A stretch of 64,000 bases of DNA from an uncultured Nitrospiraceae bacterium (GCA_963846575.1 CAWJWJ010000002.1:352001-416000); one strand, 5' to 3'. Shown: positions 1-9,216, numbered from the stretch's first letter. Notes: generated by a model from the letters alone, not told the origin. Made by a program: numbers and translations.

Positions 1-1076
1 GGACAAGGTGACTGCATATCAAGCCCGGCTTCGTGCCAGGGATGCAGCAGGGGGCCGCTGTACCGATAGCCCCCTCGAACGGGATCGCTGGACAGAAGCA
101 AGGGGGTATCGAGGTCGAGCAGGTCGAATCCTCCTCGTCCCAGTACCAGACTGAAGGAGCAGCCCATTGCGATACGGGTTTCCACCATGCCCCCCACCAT
201 CAGACGCAGTCCGATGGTGCGAGCGAATGCAGCGATTCTGAGAGCTTCCACTACACCGGTTTTCATGATTTTGATGTTGATGTAATCGGCGGCTTGTAAA
301 TGGGCGACCCGGTGAGCATCGTCCAGCGACCGGACCGACTCGTCGGCCGCCACCGGTATGCCTGTCAGGTGACGTATCGCCTGAAGGCCTTCCAGGTCAT
401 CGCGGAGGACCGGTTGTTCGAGCAGAACCAATTGCCCGCCAAACTTTTTCACGCCGTGGACAAAGTGGAGGCATGCTTCGCGAGAAAAGCCCTGGTTGCC
501 GTCCCCGATGAAGCCTATACCAGGCAATGTCTTATGCACGCGTTCCAGCCGCCGAATATCTGTCTCTACATCATTGCCCACTTTCATCTTAAAGAGGCGA
601 AACCCCTGCGCATACCACCCCCGAGAGAGTTCGACAGTTTTGTCCACACTGCAAATGGGAATGGTGATGTCGGTCTCTCGATCTCGAACATCGGCCGACC
701 CCCAGAGTTTCCACAGTGGGATCTGCAACGTCCGAGCATGGGCATCCAATATCGCGGTTTCTAAGCCGCAACGAGCGGCCGGGTAAAGGGCGGCCTGGCT
801 CTGAAGTGTCTCGGCAAGAGATTGATAGTCATCGGTGCGTTGTCCGATCAACGAGGTAGCGAGGGCAATGGCCGTATCGAAGCAGGAAGCTCTATCTTCA
901 CCGCCGACCTCGGGAAGGGGCGCGGCTTCGCCATAGCCGCAGGTCCCATCGCGCAACGTCACCCGTATGAACAGGTTCTGAGCCAGGACTCGCGCCCCGG
1001 TCGCGACGACGAACGGATCGGTGATCGGAATGTCGATCGGCCAGATCTCAATTCGTTGGATGGGGTTAGAACTCAC
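1..1076 (-). CDS. Dipeptide epimerase (L-Ala-D/L-Glu epimerase, enolase superfamily); 3' end runs off the window
   Basis: Absent from the ORF track. Manual translation of segments from GTG at 1076 gives MSSNPIQRIEIWPIDIPITDPFVVATG..GYGEAAP, the KxK motif FKMKVG and the C-terminal DLDTPLLL motif. Confidence 0.85.
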   Translation of the reverse strand, partial: MSSNPIQRIEIWPIDIPITDPFVVATGARVLAQNLFIRVTLRDGTCGYGEAAPLPEVGGEDRASCFDTAIALATSLIGQRTDDYQSLAETLQSQAALYPAARCGLETAILDAHARTLQIPLWKLWGSADVRDRETDITIPICSVDKTVELSRGWYAQGFRLFKMKVGNDVETDIRRLERVHKTLPGIGFIGDGNQGFSREACLHFVHGVKKFGGQLVLLEQPVLRDDLEGLQAIRHLTGIPVAADESVRSLDDAHRVAHLQAADYINIKIMKTGVVEALRIAAFARTIGLRLMVGGMVETRIAMGCSFSLVLGRGGFDLLDLDTPLLLSSDPVRGGYRYSGPLLHPWHEAGLDMQSPC

Positions 1077-1103
1077 AGAACGTGCGTGGTCGCATGTGAC
1101 GGA

Positions 1104-1748
1104 TCAGCCGTACCGATCATTTTTCCATGGGAAGGCGCTGTTGGAGTAACCGCGTACCTCCCAGAATCCTTTCTCGTCGCGCTCCGAGAACGTAATCTCC
1201 TTAATCCACTTGGCGCCTTTCCACGCATAACGCTTGGGAATGATCATGCGGACCGGCCCACCGTGTTCCTTGGTAAGCGGGCGGCCATTCCATTTATAAG
1301 TGAGGAGTACATCTGCATCATCACAGGCGTCGAGCGGTAAATTGGTGGTGTAGTCGTCATAGGATTTGAACAACACGAACTTGGCGAGTGGAAGTGGTTG
1401 GACAATGGCAAGCAGGTGTTTGAAACTCACCCCTTCCCATTCATTGTCATAACGGCTCCATGATGTCACACAATGAAAATCAGAGACGTCCTTGAACTGG
1501 GGTTGGTCAAGGAATTGTTGCCATGTCCAAGTCACGGGATTCGTGACCGCCCCGCCGATGGTCACCGTCCATTCCGAGAGAGGGATCTCGGGTTTCTGAC
1601 CGAGGTCCAGTACCGGCCAGGTTTCCACGAGGTGTTGCCCGGGAGGAAGCCGGTCGTCTCCCTCGTAGAAGACTTCACGCTCTTCCCCACCACGTCTGGC
1701 CTTCGCCCAGTTTTCCTTGGTTTTTGTTAAACGATCATTTTGGTCCAT
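1104..1748 (-). CDS. Sulfite-oxidase-family molybdopterin-dependent oxidoreductase (short, single-domain type)
   Basis: RLPPGQ, DFHCVTSWS, EHGGPVRMIIP, YAWKGAKW and GFWE.RGY motifs; AGGAGG SD before ATG at 1748. Confidence 0.85.
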   Translation of the reverse strand: MDQNDRLTKTKENWAKARRGGEEREVFYEGDDRLPPGQHLVETWPVLDLGQKPEIPLSEWTVTIGGAVTNPVTWTWQQFLDQPQFKDVSDFHCVTSWSRYDNEWEGVSFKHLLAIVQPLPLAKFVLFKSYDDYTTNLPLDACDDADVLLTYKWNGRPLTKEHGGPVRMIIPKRYAWKGAKWIKEITFSERDEKGFWEVRGYSNSAFPWKNDRYG

Positions 1749-1993
1749 GCCCCGCCTCCTTAGACAGAGTAGGACAAGATGCCAGGCTCTTACAAGGGCC
1801 ATGCGTTCGACGTATGGATCTTTGGCCTGCGGAATCCGGGCCAACAATACGAGGTGCTGCATTGCGCTCTGAGTGCCTCTGGGCATGGATCCGCTGCGGG
1901 TCAGGTCGAGGTGTGCTGGGTCGGCAAGTGGACGAGAACTAGGCACTACGGTCTCGGGACAGTAGGCGTGCGGTACTGGCGACAGAACGGGAG

Positions 1994-2143
1994 TCAGACG
2001 TGGAGTCTGGTTTCTCGCTCGCACCAGCGTTGGGGACGCATCAACGTTCCCAGTGCCGCGATGGCGCAAATGGTGGCCAGAAGCAGAAAGCTTGCTATGA
2101 GAAAGAATCCACCTTTCATATCGTGCATCGAGAGAGGCACCAT
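1994..2143 (-). CDS. Putative small single-TM protein (49 aa)
   Basis: Manual ORF MVPLSMHDMKGGFFLIASFLLLATICAIAALGTLMRPQRWCERETRLHV; GGAGGGTGAG upstream. Confidence 0.35.
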   Translation of the reverse strand: MVPLSMHDMKGGFFLIASFLLLATICAIAALGTLMRPQRWCERETRLHV

Positions 2144-2176
2144 TATCTCACCCTCCCATGGTCTAATTGTACCACT

Positions 2177-2338
2177 TCAATCAGTGTGCCACCCGCAGCC
2201 GCAACGCCATGATTCTTCGGGCGATTTCTTGCGCAGGCGGGATGAGCATTGGGGACAGGGCCGCATCCAGACATGGGAACCAGTGTCGCACCTGGCGTGT
2301 AAGGTCTGAACGTGGTGTGGAACTGTTTGTGTGGTCAT
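2177..2338 (-). CDS. Putative small Cys-rich zinc-ribbon-like protein
   Basis: CPQC-x13-CGCGW pattern; weak SD. Confidence 0.35.
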   Translation of the reverse strand: MTTQTVPHHVQTLHARCDTGSHVWMRPCPQCSSRLRKKSPEESWRCGCGWHTD

Positions 2339-2619
2339 GGTGTTGCCATCCAAGAGTTCAATCAATGCGTCCATTAGACTTTAACTCCACTTGTGCTCCG
2401 GCATCAATAGATCTTTCGGATGCCGCAGCCGGGTTCTTGAGCTGCTTTGCGGTGCTAGGACTCCAGGGTTCCAGATGAGTGAGTGAGGATCCTGTGTGAT
2501 ACAAAGAGGGATCGCATTCTACAATCACTCTCCGGGGGGTCGACCAAGTCATGCGGTTCTCCGGGATGTACATGATTGACACAGCATTGAGGAGATCACA
2601 TGATACCGATCCAGACGCT

Positions 2620-3327
2620 ATGACTACCCCGATAGAATCTCAGAAAAGAAGCGGCTACGGCAGGTTTCTATTGGGATTGGCAGTCGCTCTCGGAATTGCC
2701 TCGTACTTCTTTTTCGACATCGGCCGCTATTTATCGCTAGAGGGACTCAAGTCCAATCGGGATCACTTGCTCGCATTCACGGAGGCGAACTACCCCGCAG
2801 CGGTCGCCATTTTCGTCCTAGCCTATTGCGTGGTCGTGGGTTTGTCGTTGCCGGGTGGGGCGATCATGACGCTGGCGGGAGGATTCCTGTTCGGCAGCCT
2901 GTTGGGGACACTATATGTAAATGTCGGTGCGACTGTTGGGGCGACCTTAGCCTTTCTAGTCGCCAGATATCTTTTGAGGGACTGGGTCGAACGGAAATTT
3001 AGCAGCCGACTGGGTCCTATCCAGGAGGGCTTTTCGAAAAATGCCTTCAGCTATCTCATGACCTTGCGCCTGATCCCGCTCTTCCCGTTCTTTTTGGTCA
3101 ATATGGTGTCGGGGCTGACCCGTGTCAGCGTCGGGACGTATATGGCAGCGACTGCCTTGGGTATTATTCCAGGGAGTTTTGTTTTCGCCTACGCGGGGCG
3201 TCAGCTCGGTACAATCAATTCTCTCAGGGAAATTGCCTCGCCCAGTGTGTTGATGGCATTTACGCTTTTGGGTCTTCTGGCGCTGGTGCCCATTCTCTAT
3301 AAAAAATTCGCCGGCAAGTCTGCATGA
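2620..3327 (+). CDS. TVP38/TMEM64 (DedA/VTT-domain) membrane protein
   Basis: LSLPG..MTLAGGFLFG, LRLIPLFPFFLVN and GIIPG motifs; hydrophobic. Confidence 0.9.
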   Translation: MTTPIESQKRSGYGRFLLGLAVALGIASYFFFDIGRYLSLEGLKSNRDHLLAFTEANYPAAVAIFVLAYCVVVGLSLPGGAIMTLAGGFLFGSLLGTLYVNVGATVGATLAFLVARYLLRDWVERKFSSRLGPIQEGFSKNAFSYLMTLRLIPLFPFFLVNMVSGLTRVSVGTYMAATALGIIPGSFVFAYAGRQLGTINSLREIASPSVLMAFTLLGLLALVPILYKKFAGKSA

Positions 3328-3381
3328 ACAGCCTGACGGTCCCAGACGAAGACCCGCGAGAATCGATGGAAAGGCGGCGTC

Positions 3382-4968
3382 ATGTCTAGTCATCGCACCG
3401 ATCATGCACATTCGAGGACGGTCGATCTCGCCGGCCTTGTTCTACCGAATGACGAACATAATCGACAGTTAATTGAGAATGTGCATCCCTCCGACTGGGT
3501 AAACCCCACCCCCGGCGGCCGCTACAACATCGTGGTCATCGGGGCTGGTACCGCAGGGTTGGTGACGGCGGTGATTGCAGCCGGTATCGGCGCGAAGGTA
3601 GCTCTCATCGAGCGCCAGCTGATGGGAGGAGACTGTCTCAACGTGGGCTGCGTCCCATCAAAGGGGCTAATTCGTGCGGCCAACGTCTGGGCGGGTTTAC
3701 GCGATGCATCGACCTTCGGCCTGCACATTCCTTCTGGGGTGAAATATGATTTCGGCGTCGCGATGGCCAGGATGAGGAAACTGCGAGCCAGGATCAGTCG
3801 GACCGATTCGGCCCAACGTTACAAGTCCCTGGGGGTCGATGTGTTCATCGGCCAGGCGAGGTTCGACGGGCCGGAGGCCGTTGTGGTGGAGGGACCGGCC
3901 GGGAATCGGAGGCTGGCGTTCGTGAAGGCCGCAATCTGCACCGGAGCGAGGGCCACTGCTCCGGCCATCCCGGGCCTGGACGAAGCCGGCTATCTCACAA
4001 ACGAAACCGTGTTCTCTCTGACCGAATTGCCGGCTCGCGTGGGGGTCATCGGAGCGGGACCTATCGGATCTGAACTGGCTCAGGCATTCGCCCGTTTCGG
4101 GAGCCAGGTGTTTCTTGTGGAGTCACTGCACGGAATCATGCCCAATGAAGATCGGGATGCCGCGGGAATCGTCCACCAGGCCATGAATCGGGATGGTGTC
4201 ACGGTGCTCTGTTGCGGCAAGGACCTGGTGGTTGAAACAAGCGACGGTCGCAAGCGGCTGGTCGTGAATTCACATGGCCAGCAGCATGACGTGACGATTG
4301 ATGAGATTTTGGTGGGAGTGGGTCGTACGCCGAATGTCCATGGGTTGGGTCTGGAGACGGCCGGCGTTGAATACGATAAGGCCGGGGTGAAAGTAAACGA
4401 CCAGCTTCAGACGACGAATCCGCGAATCTACGCCGCGGGTGACGTATGCTCCCGATACAAATTCACGCACGCTGCCGATGCGATGGCGCAGATCGTGATT
4501 CAAAATGCGCTATTTCCCCATCCATTCGGATTGGGGCGTGCCAGCATGGAATCACTGATCATGCCCTGGTGTACCTTTACCGATCCGGAAATTGCTCATG
4601 TCGGCCTCTATGAGGAGGAGGCGAAGAAAAAGGGCATTGATGTCGAAACGTATACCTTTAAAATGGATGAAGTGGACCGGGCCGTGCTTGACGGCGAAGA
4701 GGCGGGGTTCGCTCGCCTCCATATTCAAAAAGGGACCGAGAAGATTCTCGGGGCGACTATTGTGGCGGCGCATGCCGGTGACATGATCAACGAATTCTCT
4801 GTGTTGATGAAAGCCGGCCTCGGCGTCAAAACCATCGCCGCCACCATCCATCCCTATCCTACCCAAGCGGAAGTCAACAAGAAGGTCGTCAATCTGTGGC
4901 GCAAGGCCCACTTTACCCCACGGACTAAGACCGTCCTGACAAAGCTGTTTGCCTGGTGGCGACGGTGA
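3382..4968 (+). CDS. Pyridine nucleotide-disulfide oxidoreductase, MerA/dihydrolipoamide dehydrogenase-like
   Basis: GAGTAG FAD site, GGDCLNVGCVPSK redox disulfide, GAGPIG, C-terminal HPYPT; no terminal Cys-Cys. Confidence 0.9.
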   Translation: MSSHRTDHAHSRTVDLAGLVLPNDEHNRQLIENVHPSDWVNPTPGGRYNIVVIGAGTAGLVTAVIAAGIGAKVALIERQLMGGDCLNVGCVPSKGLIRAANVWAGLRDASTFGLHIPSGVKYDFGVAMARMRKLRARISRTDSAQRYKSLGVDVFIGQARFDGPEAVVVEGPAGNRRLAFVKAAICTGARATAPAIPGLDEAGYLTNETVFSLTELPARVGVIGAGPIGSELAQAFARFGSQVFLVESLHGIMPNEDRDAAGIVHQAMNRDGVTVLCCGKDLVVETSDGRKRLVVNSHGQQHDVTIDEILVGVGRTPNVHGLGLETAGVEYDKAGVKVNDQLQTTNPRIYAAGDVCSRYKFTHAADAMAQIVIQNALFPHPFGLGRASMESLIMPWCTFTDPEIAHVGLYEEEAKKKGIDVETYTFKMDEVDRAVLDGEEAGFARLHIQKGTEKILGATIVAAHAGDMINEFSVLMKAGLGVKTIAATIHPYPTQAEVNKKVVNLWRKAHFTPRTKTVLTKLFAWWRR

Positions 4969-4976
4969 GGAGCGGA

Positions 4977-5717
4977 ATGATGCGCGCAGGGCCTGTCCTA
5001 TTCACAGTGGTATTGGGAATGGCGGCAGTCGGGGTCGCGCAGGAACCCGACATGCTCAATGTCGGTATGTTTTCGGCCGCGACCGAGGGCACTACACTGC
5101 CTGACGGGTGGAAACCGTTGACCTTCAAAAAGGTCGACCGACACACGCAGTATGAAGTGGTCAGGGATGGATCGATCACCGTCGTGAAAGCGGTCAGCGA
5201 GGCCTCCGCTTCGGGACTAACCAAAGCAGTGAAGATCGACCCGCGCGAATATCCGATCGTGCGATGGCGATGGAAAGTTGAGAATGTGCTGCGAAAGGGA
5301 GACGTGAACCGTAAGGAGGGCGACGACTATCCCGCGCGCCTCTACATCACGTTTGCCTACGATCCTGACAAGGTGAGTTTCGGGAGGAAATTGAAGTACA
5401 AGGCCGGACGCGCCCTCTTCGGGGAGATTCCGATCGGCGCGTTGAACTACATTTGGGACGTCACGAGTCCGATCGGAACGATTGTGGACAACGCCTTCAC
5501 AGATTTTGCCAAGATGATCGTGGTGCAGAGCGGCGTACAACGGATCGGTGCCTGGGTGGAGGAAGAGCGAAATGTGTATCAGGATTATAAGCTGGCCTTT
5601 GGAGAGGAACCGTCCGAGATCAATGGGGTTGCCATTATGAGCGATACGGACAATACTAAGGAGCGCGCCGTGGCCTACTATGGCGACATTGTCTTTGTCA
5701 GGAAGCGAGGCGAGTGA
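4977..5717 (+). CDS. DUF3047-family exported protein
   Basis: Signal peptide; WRWKV, GDDYPARLY, LNYIW and AIMSDTDNT..A.AYYGDI motifs; GAGGAG SD. Confidence 0.8.
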   Translation: MMRAGPVLFTVVLGMAAVGVAQEPDMLNVGMFSAATEGTTLPDGWKPLTFKKVDRHTQYEVVRDGSITVVKAVSEASASGLTKAVKIDPREYPIVRWRWKVENVLRKGDVNRKEGDDYPARLYITFAYDPDKVSFGRKLKYKAGRALFGEIPIGALNYIWDVTSPIGTIVDNAFTDFAKMIVVQSGVQRIGAWVEEERNVYQDYKLAFGEEPSEINGVAIMSDTDNTKERAVAYYGDIVFVRKRGE

Positions 5718-5743
5718 AGGCCGGAGTGGAGAGGCAAGGAGGT

Positions 5744-5776
5744 GGAAGGACCGGCCTGTACAGGGACGGCCCTTCC
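5744..5776. terminator. Imperfect hairpin between convergent genes
   Basis: GGAAGG..CCG..CCTGTACAGG..CGG..CCTTCC nested inverted repeat. Confidence 0.4.
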
Positions 5777-5811
5777 GGGTCAGGAGCGATTTCGATCAGC
5801 GAAACCGCTCC

Positions 5812-6219
5812 CTATTGGATAGAGTTTGCAAAGCCACCGTAGGTTATTTCGGCCCGGATGGTGTCGCCTACTTTCTTGTTGCCCCTGAGGTGTTTGGTGC
5901 CCTGTCCGACACGTACCTTCATTTGGTTGCCGTCATAGTCTTCGACCACGTAGGTCTCGCCCTGGATAGTTTTGACAGTCCCTCCGACCGTTTTCCAAGC
6001 CATGCCGGGTTTGGAATCCTGCTGACCTGGCTTGGGAGCCGGAGACTGTTCAGGGACGGCACCTAACAGGGACGAGGCTGCTGCCGCTGATGTGGTGGTG
6101 GCGTGTTTCGGCTGCTTGCTCGCCTTTTCTTTTGCAAATACAGGTGCGCCCGTCAAGGCGACGGCCGCGAGGGTAAGCACTACCATTGTGAGCATTGAGG
6201 GGTGGCCTTGCGCGTCCAT
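5812..6219 (-). CDS. Exported hypothetical protein with a small C-terminal beta domain
   Basis: AGGAGG SD, signal peptide (..APVFA), low-complexity linker, GTVKTIQGETYVVED..KVGDTIRAEI. Confidence 0.7.
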   Translation of the reverse strand: MDAQGHPSMLTMVVLTLAAVALTGAPVFAKEKASKQPKHATTTSAAAASSLLGAVPEQSPAPKPGQQDSKPGMAWKTVGGTVKTIQGETYVVEDYDGNQMKVRVGQGTKHLRGNKKVGDTIRAEITYGGFANSIQ

Positions 6220-6266
6220 AACGATCCTCCTTGCAAAGAATACGACAAACTGTCCGTCAACCATGC

Positions 6267-6282
6267 AGCAAGGCATATGCCG
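6267..6282 (-). promoter_or_regulatory. Sigma54 (-24/-12) promoter
   Basis: CGGCATATGCCTTGCT has GG-N10-GC spacing, about 48 nt upstream of the 6219 start. Confidence 0.65.
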
Positions 6283-6636
6283 GACAATCTGGAGGCAAAT
6301 GACCCGGATCGCTCGGGTTTGTGCTGATTGCGCTGCATTGGGTCGAACGCGAGCCGGTGCAAGGGGAAAATCGGCACATTCTGTTCAAATATGCACCCGC
6401 AGAAGATCGTCCTGTGTGCTTAGAGCCGACTGCCATGGTGGTCTCCCGTCGAGTGACCGTTCATTAACTGTAGCGGGGATTCCATGTTCCCATTTGGAGG
6501 CCGTCTCAGAATCGGACTTACATTCAAGCCTGTCCAATTTCCCTCTTGAGTCGAAAGGGTGTGGTGGTGCGGACGATGGTTCTGGATTTGGTCGTGCTGA
6601 GACGCATGGCGTTCTGATTAGTGGGAGTCCACTCTG

Positions 6637-7419
6637 ATGCGACCCCTCATGCTTATCCTCACGGTCGTCATATTGGCAGGCTGTTCGACGGTTCCGGTGT
6701 CTTTTACCCCGGAACGGCCCCTGTCTCCTGCTGAAATTTCTCACGCACTCTGGCAGGACGCAGTAGGTACGCATGTTCAGGAAGGACGGGTGGACTATCC
6801 GGCCATCCAGAAAGAGGGGGTGCTCACGCAGTATCTGGCCTTATTGGATCGTGCGGATCCAAACCAGTTGTCCACAAATGAGCGGCTGGCCTTTTGGATC
6901 AACGCCTATAATGCGTTTGCGGTGCAGGGTATCCTGGACCAGTATTCGCCGGGAACGCTGTTCGGCCGGTATCAGTTTTTCATTTCCCGTGAATACCGAG
7001 TCGGCGGACAGACCGTGAACCTTTACGATCTGGAACGAGAGATCCTGATCTCCCAGTTTCACGAGCCCCGCATGCACTTCGCGATTGTTTGTGCCTCCGC
7101 ATCTTGCCCGAAGCTTCAGCCCTGGGCGTATGAGGGCCAGCGACTGGATCGACAGCTGCATCGCGTCACGAGTGAGTTCGTCAACGACCCTTCGCGCAAT
7201 CGATTCGATCGGTCGAAAAAGATCGCCTTCCTATCGATGATCTTCAAATGGTTCGCGAAGGATTTCGAAGCCCGCTCCGGATCTGTTCTGAATTTCGTAC
7301 GAGAATATGTACAGGATACGTCATTGAAAGAGGACCTGCTGGAAGCCGACTACACCGTAGAATTTCTCGCCTACGATTGGCGGCTGAACGGCTCGCCACC
7401 CATACCAGAGGGAGGATGA
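6637..7419 (+). CDS. DUF547-domain lipoprotein
   Basis: Lipobox ILAGC; VDY, LAFWINAYNA, EPRMHFAIVCASASCP, LSMIFKWF and YDWRLN motifs. Confidence 0.9.
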   Translation: MRPLMLILTVVILAGCSTVPVSFTPERPLSPAEISHALWQDAVGTHVQEGRVDYPAIQKEGVLTQYLALLDRADPNQLSTNERLAFWINAYNAFAVQGILDQYSPGTLFGRYQFFISREYRVGGQTVNLYDLEREILISQFHEPRMHFAIVCASASCPKLQPWAYEGQRLDRQLHRVTSEFVNDPSRNRFDRSKKIAFLSMIFKWFAKDFEARSGSVLNFVREYVQDTSLKEDLLEADYTVEFLAYDWRLNGSPPIPEGG

Positions 7420-7420
7420 C

Positions 7421-8056
7421 GTGGTCGTATTGCCCGGTGAGCGGGTGCCGATCGCCCGACTGTTGGTTTTTCTCGAACATGGTGAGCGACTGGCGAGTAG
7501 CTGCGCTCAGGGCCAGGCGGCATTGGCTCATGAGACGAAAACGCAACGGTTCTTAGCCGTTCAGGCGCGCCAAGAATCAATGCATGCCCTGATCTTTCGC
7601 GGAGCGATCGGATGGCTCGCTCCGCGCCATCTCGGTGATTCTCCTTTTCTGCCGGCGCTCGAAGAGTATCGCCGACTCCTTATGGAAGCCGTTGAACGGG
7701 GCGACTGGCTGGAAAGCATTCTGGCCGAACAGGTGATTCTCGAGGGGCTGGGTGAAGCGATCTTATCTCGAATGGAGGCCGGGCTTGAGAGGCGACAGGC
7801 CCCATTCCGCAGATTGCGCCGGATGCTCCTGCATCAGGAGGAGGCCCATCATGCGTTCGGCCGGCGGATCTTGGAACGAGCCATGGCTGATGGGGCCATG
7901 GACCTGAAGCACCTCCGCGGCCGCACGCAAGATTATCTGGCGCTGACTGAGACGATGGTGTTAACCCTCTGCGAACTCTTCAGCACCCTGGATGAGGATG
8001 CGTCCGTCTGGGCGGCGGACGTACGGACCTTTCTTCCAGATTGGTTGACGAGATGA
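7421..8056 (+). CDS. Ferritin-like di-iron carboxylate protein
   Basis: E..(GERLA)/ESMH/(QVILE)/EEAH spacing of a four-helix di-iron bundle. Confidence 0.7.
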   Translation: MVVLPGERVPIARLLVFLEHGERLASSCAQGQAALAHETKTQRFLAVQARQESMHALIFRGAIGWLAPRHLGDSPFLPALEEYRRLLMEAVERGDWLESILAEQVILEGLGEAILSRMEAGLERRQAPFRRLRRMLLHQEEAHHAFGRRILERAMADGAMDLKHLRGRTQDYLALTETMVLTLCELFSTLDEDASVWAADVRTFLPDWLTR

Positions 8057-8757
8057 TCTCTGTCGTAATTCCCGTCTACAACGAAGCACGCGCGCTGCCT
8101 GTCACGTTGCCGCGCTTATTCGAACAAGGCGGCGACTATGAAGTCATTATCGTGGATGGAGGGAGCAACGACCGGACCTGTGAAATTGTGAGGTCTCTCC
8201 TGGTCGACTCCCTCCATGCAGCTCACGGCAAGGCCCTCTTGATGAGCGCACGGAAAGGACGGGCCTCGCAGATGAATGCAGGCGCCACGGTGGCACGCGG
8301 AGAGTGGTTGCTGTTCCTCCATGCCGATACCGTCTTGCCGGCTCATGCGCTCACCCGGCTGAATACCTTGGAGTCGAACATCGGCGTACAGGCCGGCGGT
8401 TTCCATCATCAGTTTGGGGGCGCAGACTGGCGACTTCGGCTGATCTCGTGGCTCGACAATATTCGCTGCGTACGAAGCCGTATCATATACGGTGACCAGG
8501 CGTTGTTCGTGCGGCGGTCTTTATTTGAGCAACTCGGCGGCTTCCCCAATCAATTGATTCTGGAGGATGTGGCGTTCTGTGAGACGTTGTTACGGGTCAC
8601 GACGCCTGTGCTCCTGGAGCCGGCGGTGGTGACGGATGCCCGCAAGTTTCTCCAAATGGGTGTCTGGCGAAGTTTTATCCGCGTGTTGCTCATTATCCTG
8701 CACGTGGAATACAGGCTGCCCTATCTCCCGCGTGTGTTTTTTCAGGATATTCGATGA
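8053..8757 (+). CDS. GT2 glycosyltransferase resembling TIGR04283 (rSAM/selenodomain, arsenosugar-associated)
   Basis: ISVVIPVYNE, VDGGS.D, GRA.QMNAGA, LLFLHADT, YGDQALF, GGFP..LEDV; ATGA overlap with the upstream gene. Confidence 0.85.
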   Translation: MISVVIPVYNEARALPVTLPRLFEQGGDYEVIIVDGGSNDRTCEIVRSLLVDSLHAAHGKALLMSARKGRASQMNAGATVARGEWLLFLHADTVLPAHALTRLNTLESNIGVQAGGFHHQFGGADWRLRLISWLDNIRCVRSRIIYGDQALFVRRSLFEQLGGFPNQLILEDVAFCETLLRVTTPVLLEPAVVTDARKFLQMGVWRSFIRVLLIILHVEYRLPYLPRVFFQDIR

Positions 8758-8828
8758 CCTTCCCTCGAATCCGGTTCCTGTCGTGCAGCAGGTCCTACCA
8801 GGAAGACCCGGAAAACACCCAATTCGTT

Positions 8829-8855
8829 GTCAACGCTCTCGACACCCTGTACGTT
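8829..8855 (+). promoter_or_regulatory. Possible ECF-sigma promoter
   Basis: GTCAAC-N17-CGTT (AAC/CGT pattern) upstream of 8899. Confidence 0.3.
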
Positions 8856-8898
8856 GGTTTGAACGAGAGTGGAGCGTCGGATAACCAAAGGAGGAAAT

Positions 8899-9216
8899 AT
8901 GCAGAAGGTGATTTGGAGTGCGGCCTTGTTGTCGCTCGGGATCGCGTCGTTAGCCATGGCCCAGGCGGAGACGCCGGTGATGGATCAGCGTCAGGCCAAT
9001 CAGGAGAAACGGATTGATCAGGGCATCGCGAGCGGCCAGCTGACAGAGCGAGAGGCCAACCGGTTGAACAATCAGCAGACACATATCAACAACATGGAGG
9101 ACAAGGCCAAATCCGATGGCGTCGTGACAAAGAAGGAGCGGACGAAAATCGCGAAAGCACAGGATCGCGCATCACGCCGTATTGCTCGTCAGAAACATGA
9201 TGCCCAGAAAAGGTAA
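8899..9216 (+). CDS. Small exported helical protein
   Basis: AAGGAGG SD, signal peptide, RQANQEKRIDQGIASGQLT..E..RL motif. Confidence 0.8.
   Translation: MQKVIWSAALLSLGIASLAMAQAETPVMDQRQANQEKRIDQGIASGQLTEREANRLNNQQTHINNMEDKAKSDGVVTKKERTKIAKAQDRASRRIARQKHDAQKR

Noticed and set aside
33..1340. Plus-strand ORFs 33-299, 300-764 and 822-1340
   Set aside because: Antisense shadows of the minus-strand epimerase and oxidoreductase genes, which carry the recognisable motifs
3382..4968. Calling this merA / a mercury-resistance locus
   Set aside because: No C-terminal Cys pair, no metal-binding N-terminal domain and no merR/T/P genes
6032..6637. 201-aa Cys-containing plus-strand ORF as a remnant of ArsS or a selenoprotein
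   Set aside because: No CxxxCxxC radical-SAM motif, it overlaps a better-supported opposite-strand gene and promoter, and I saw no convincing in-frame TGA with SECIS
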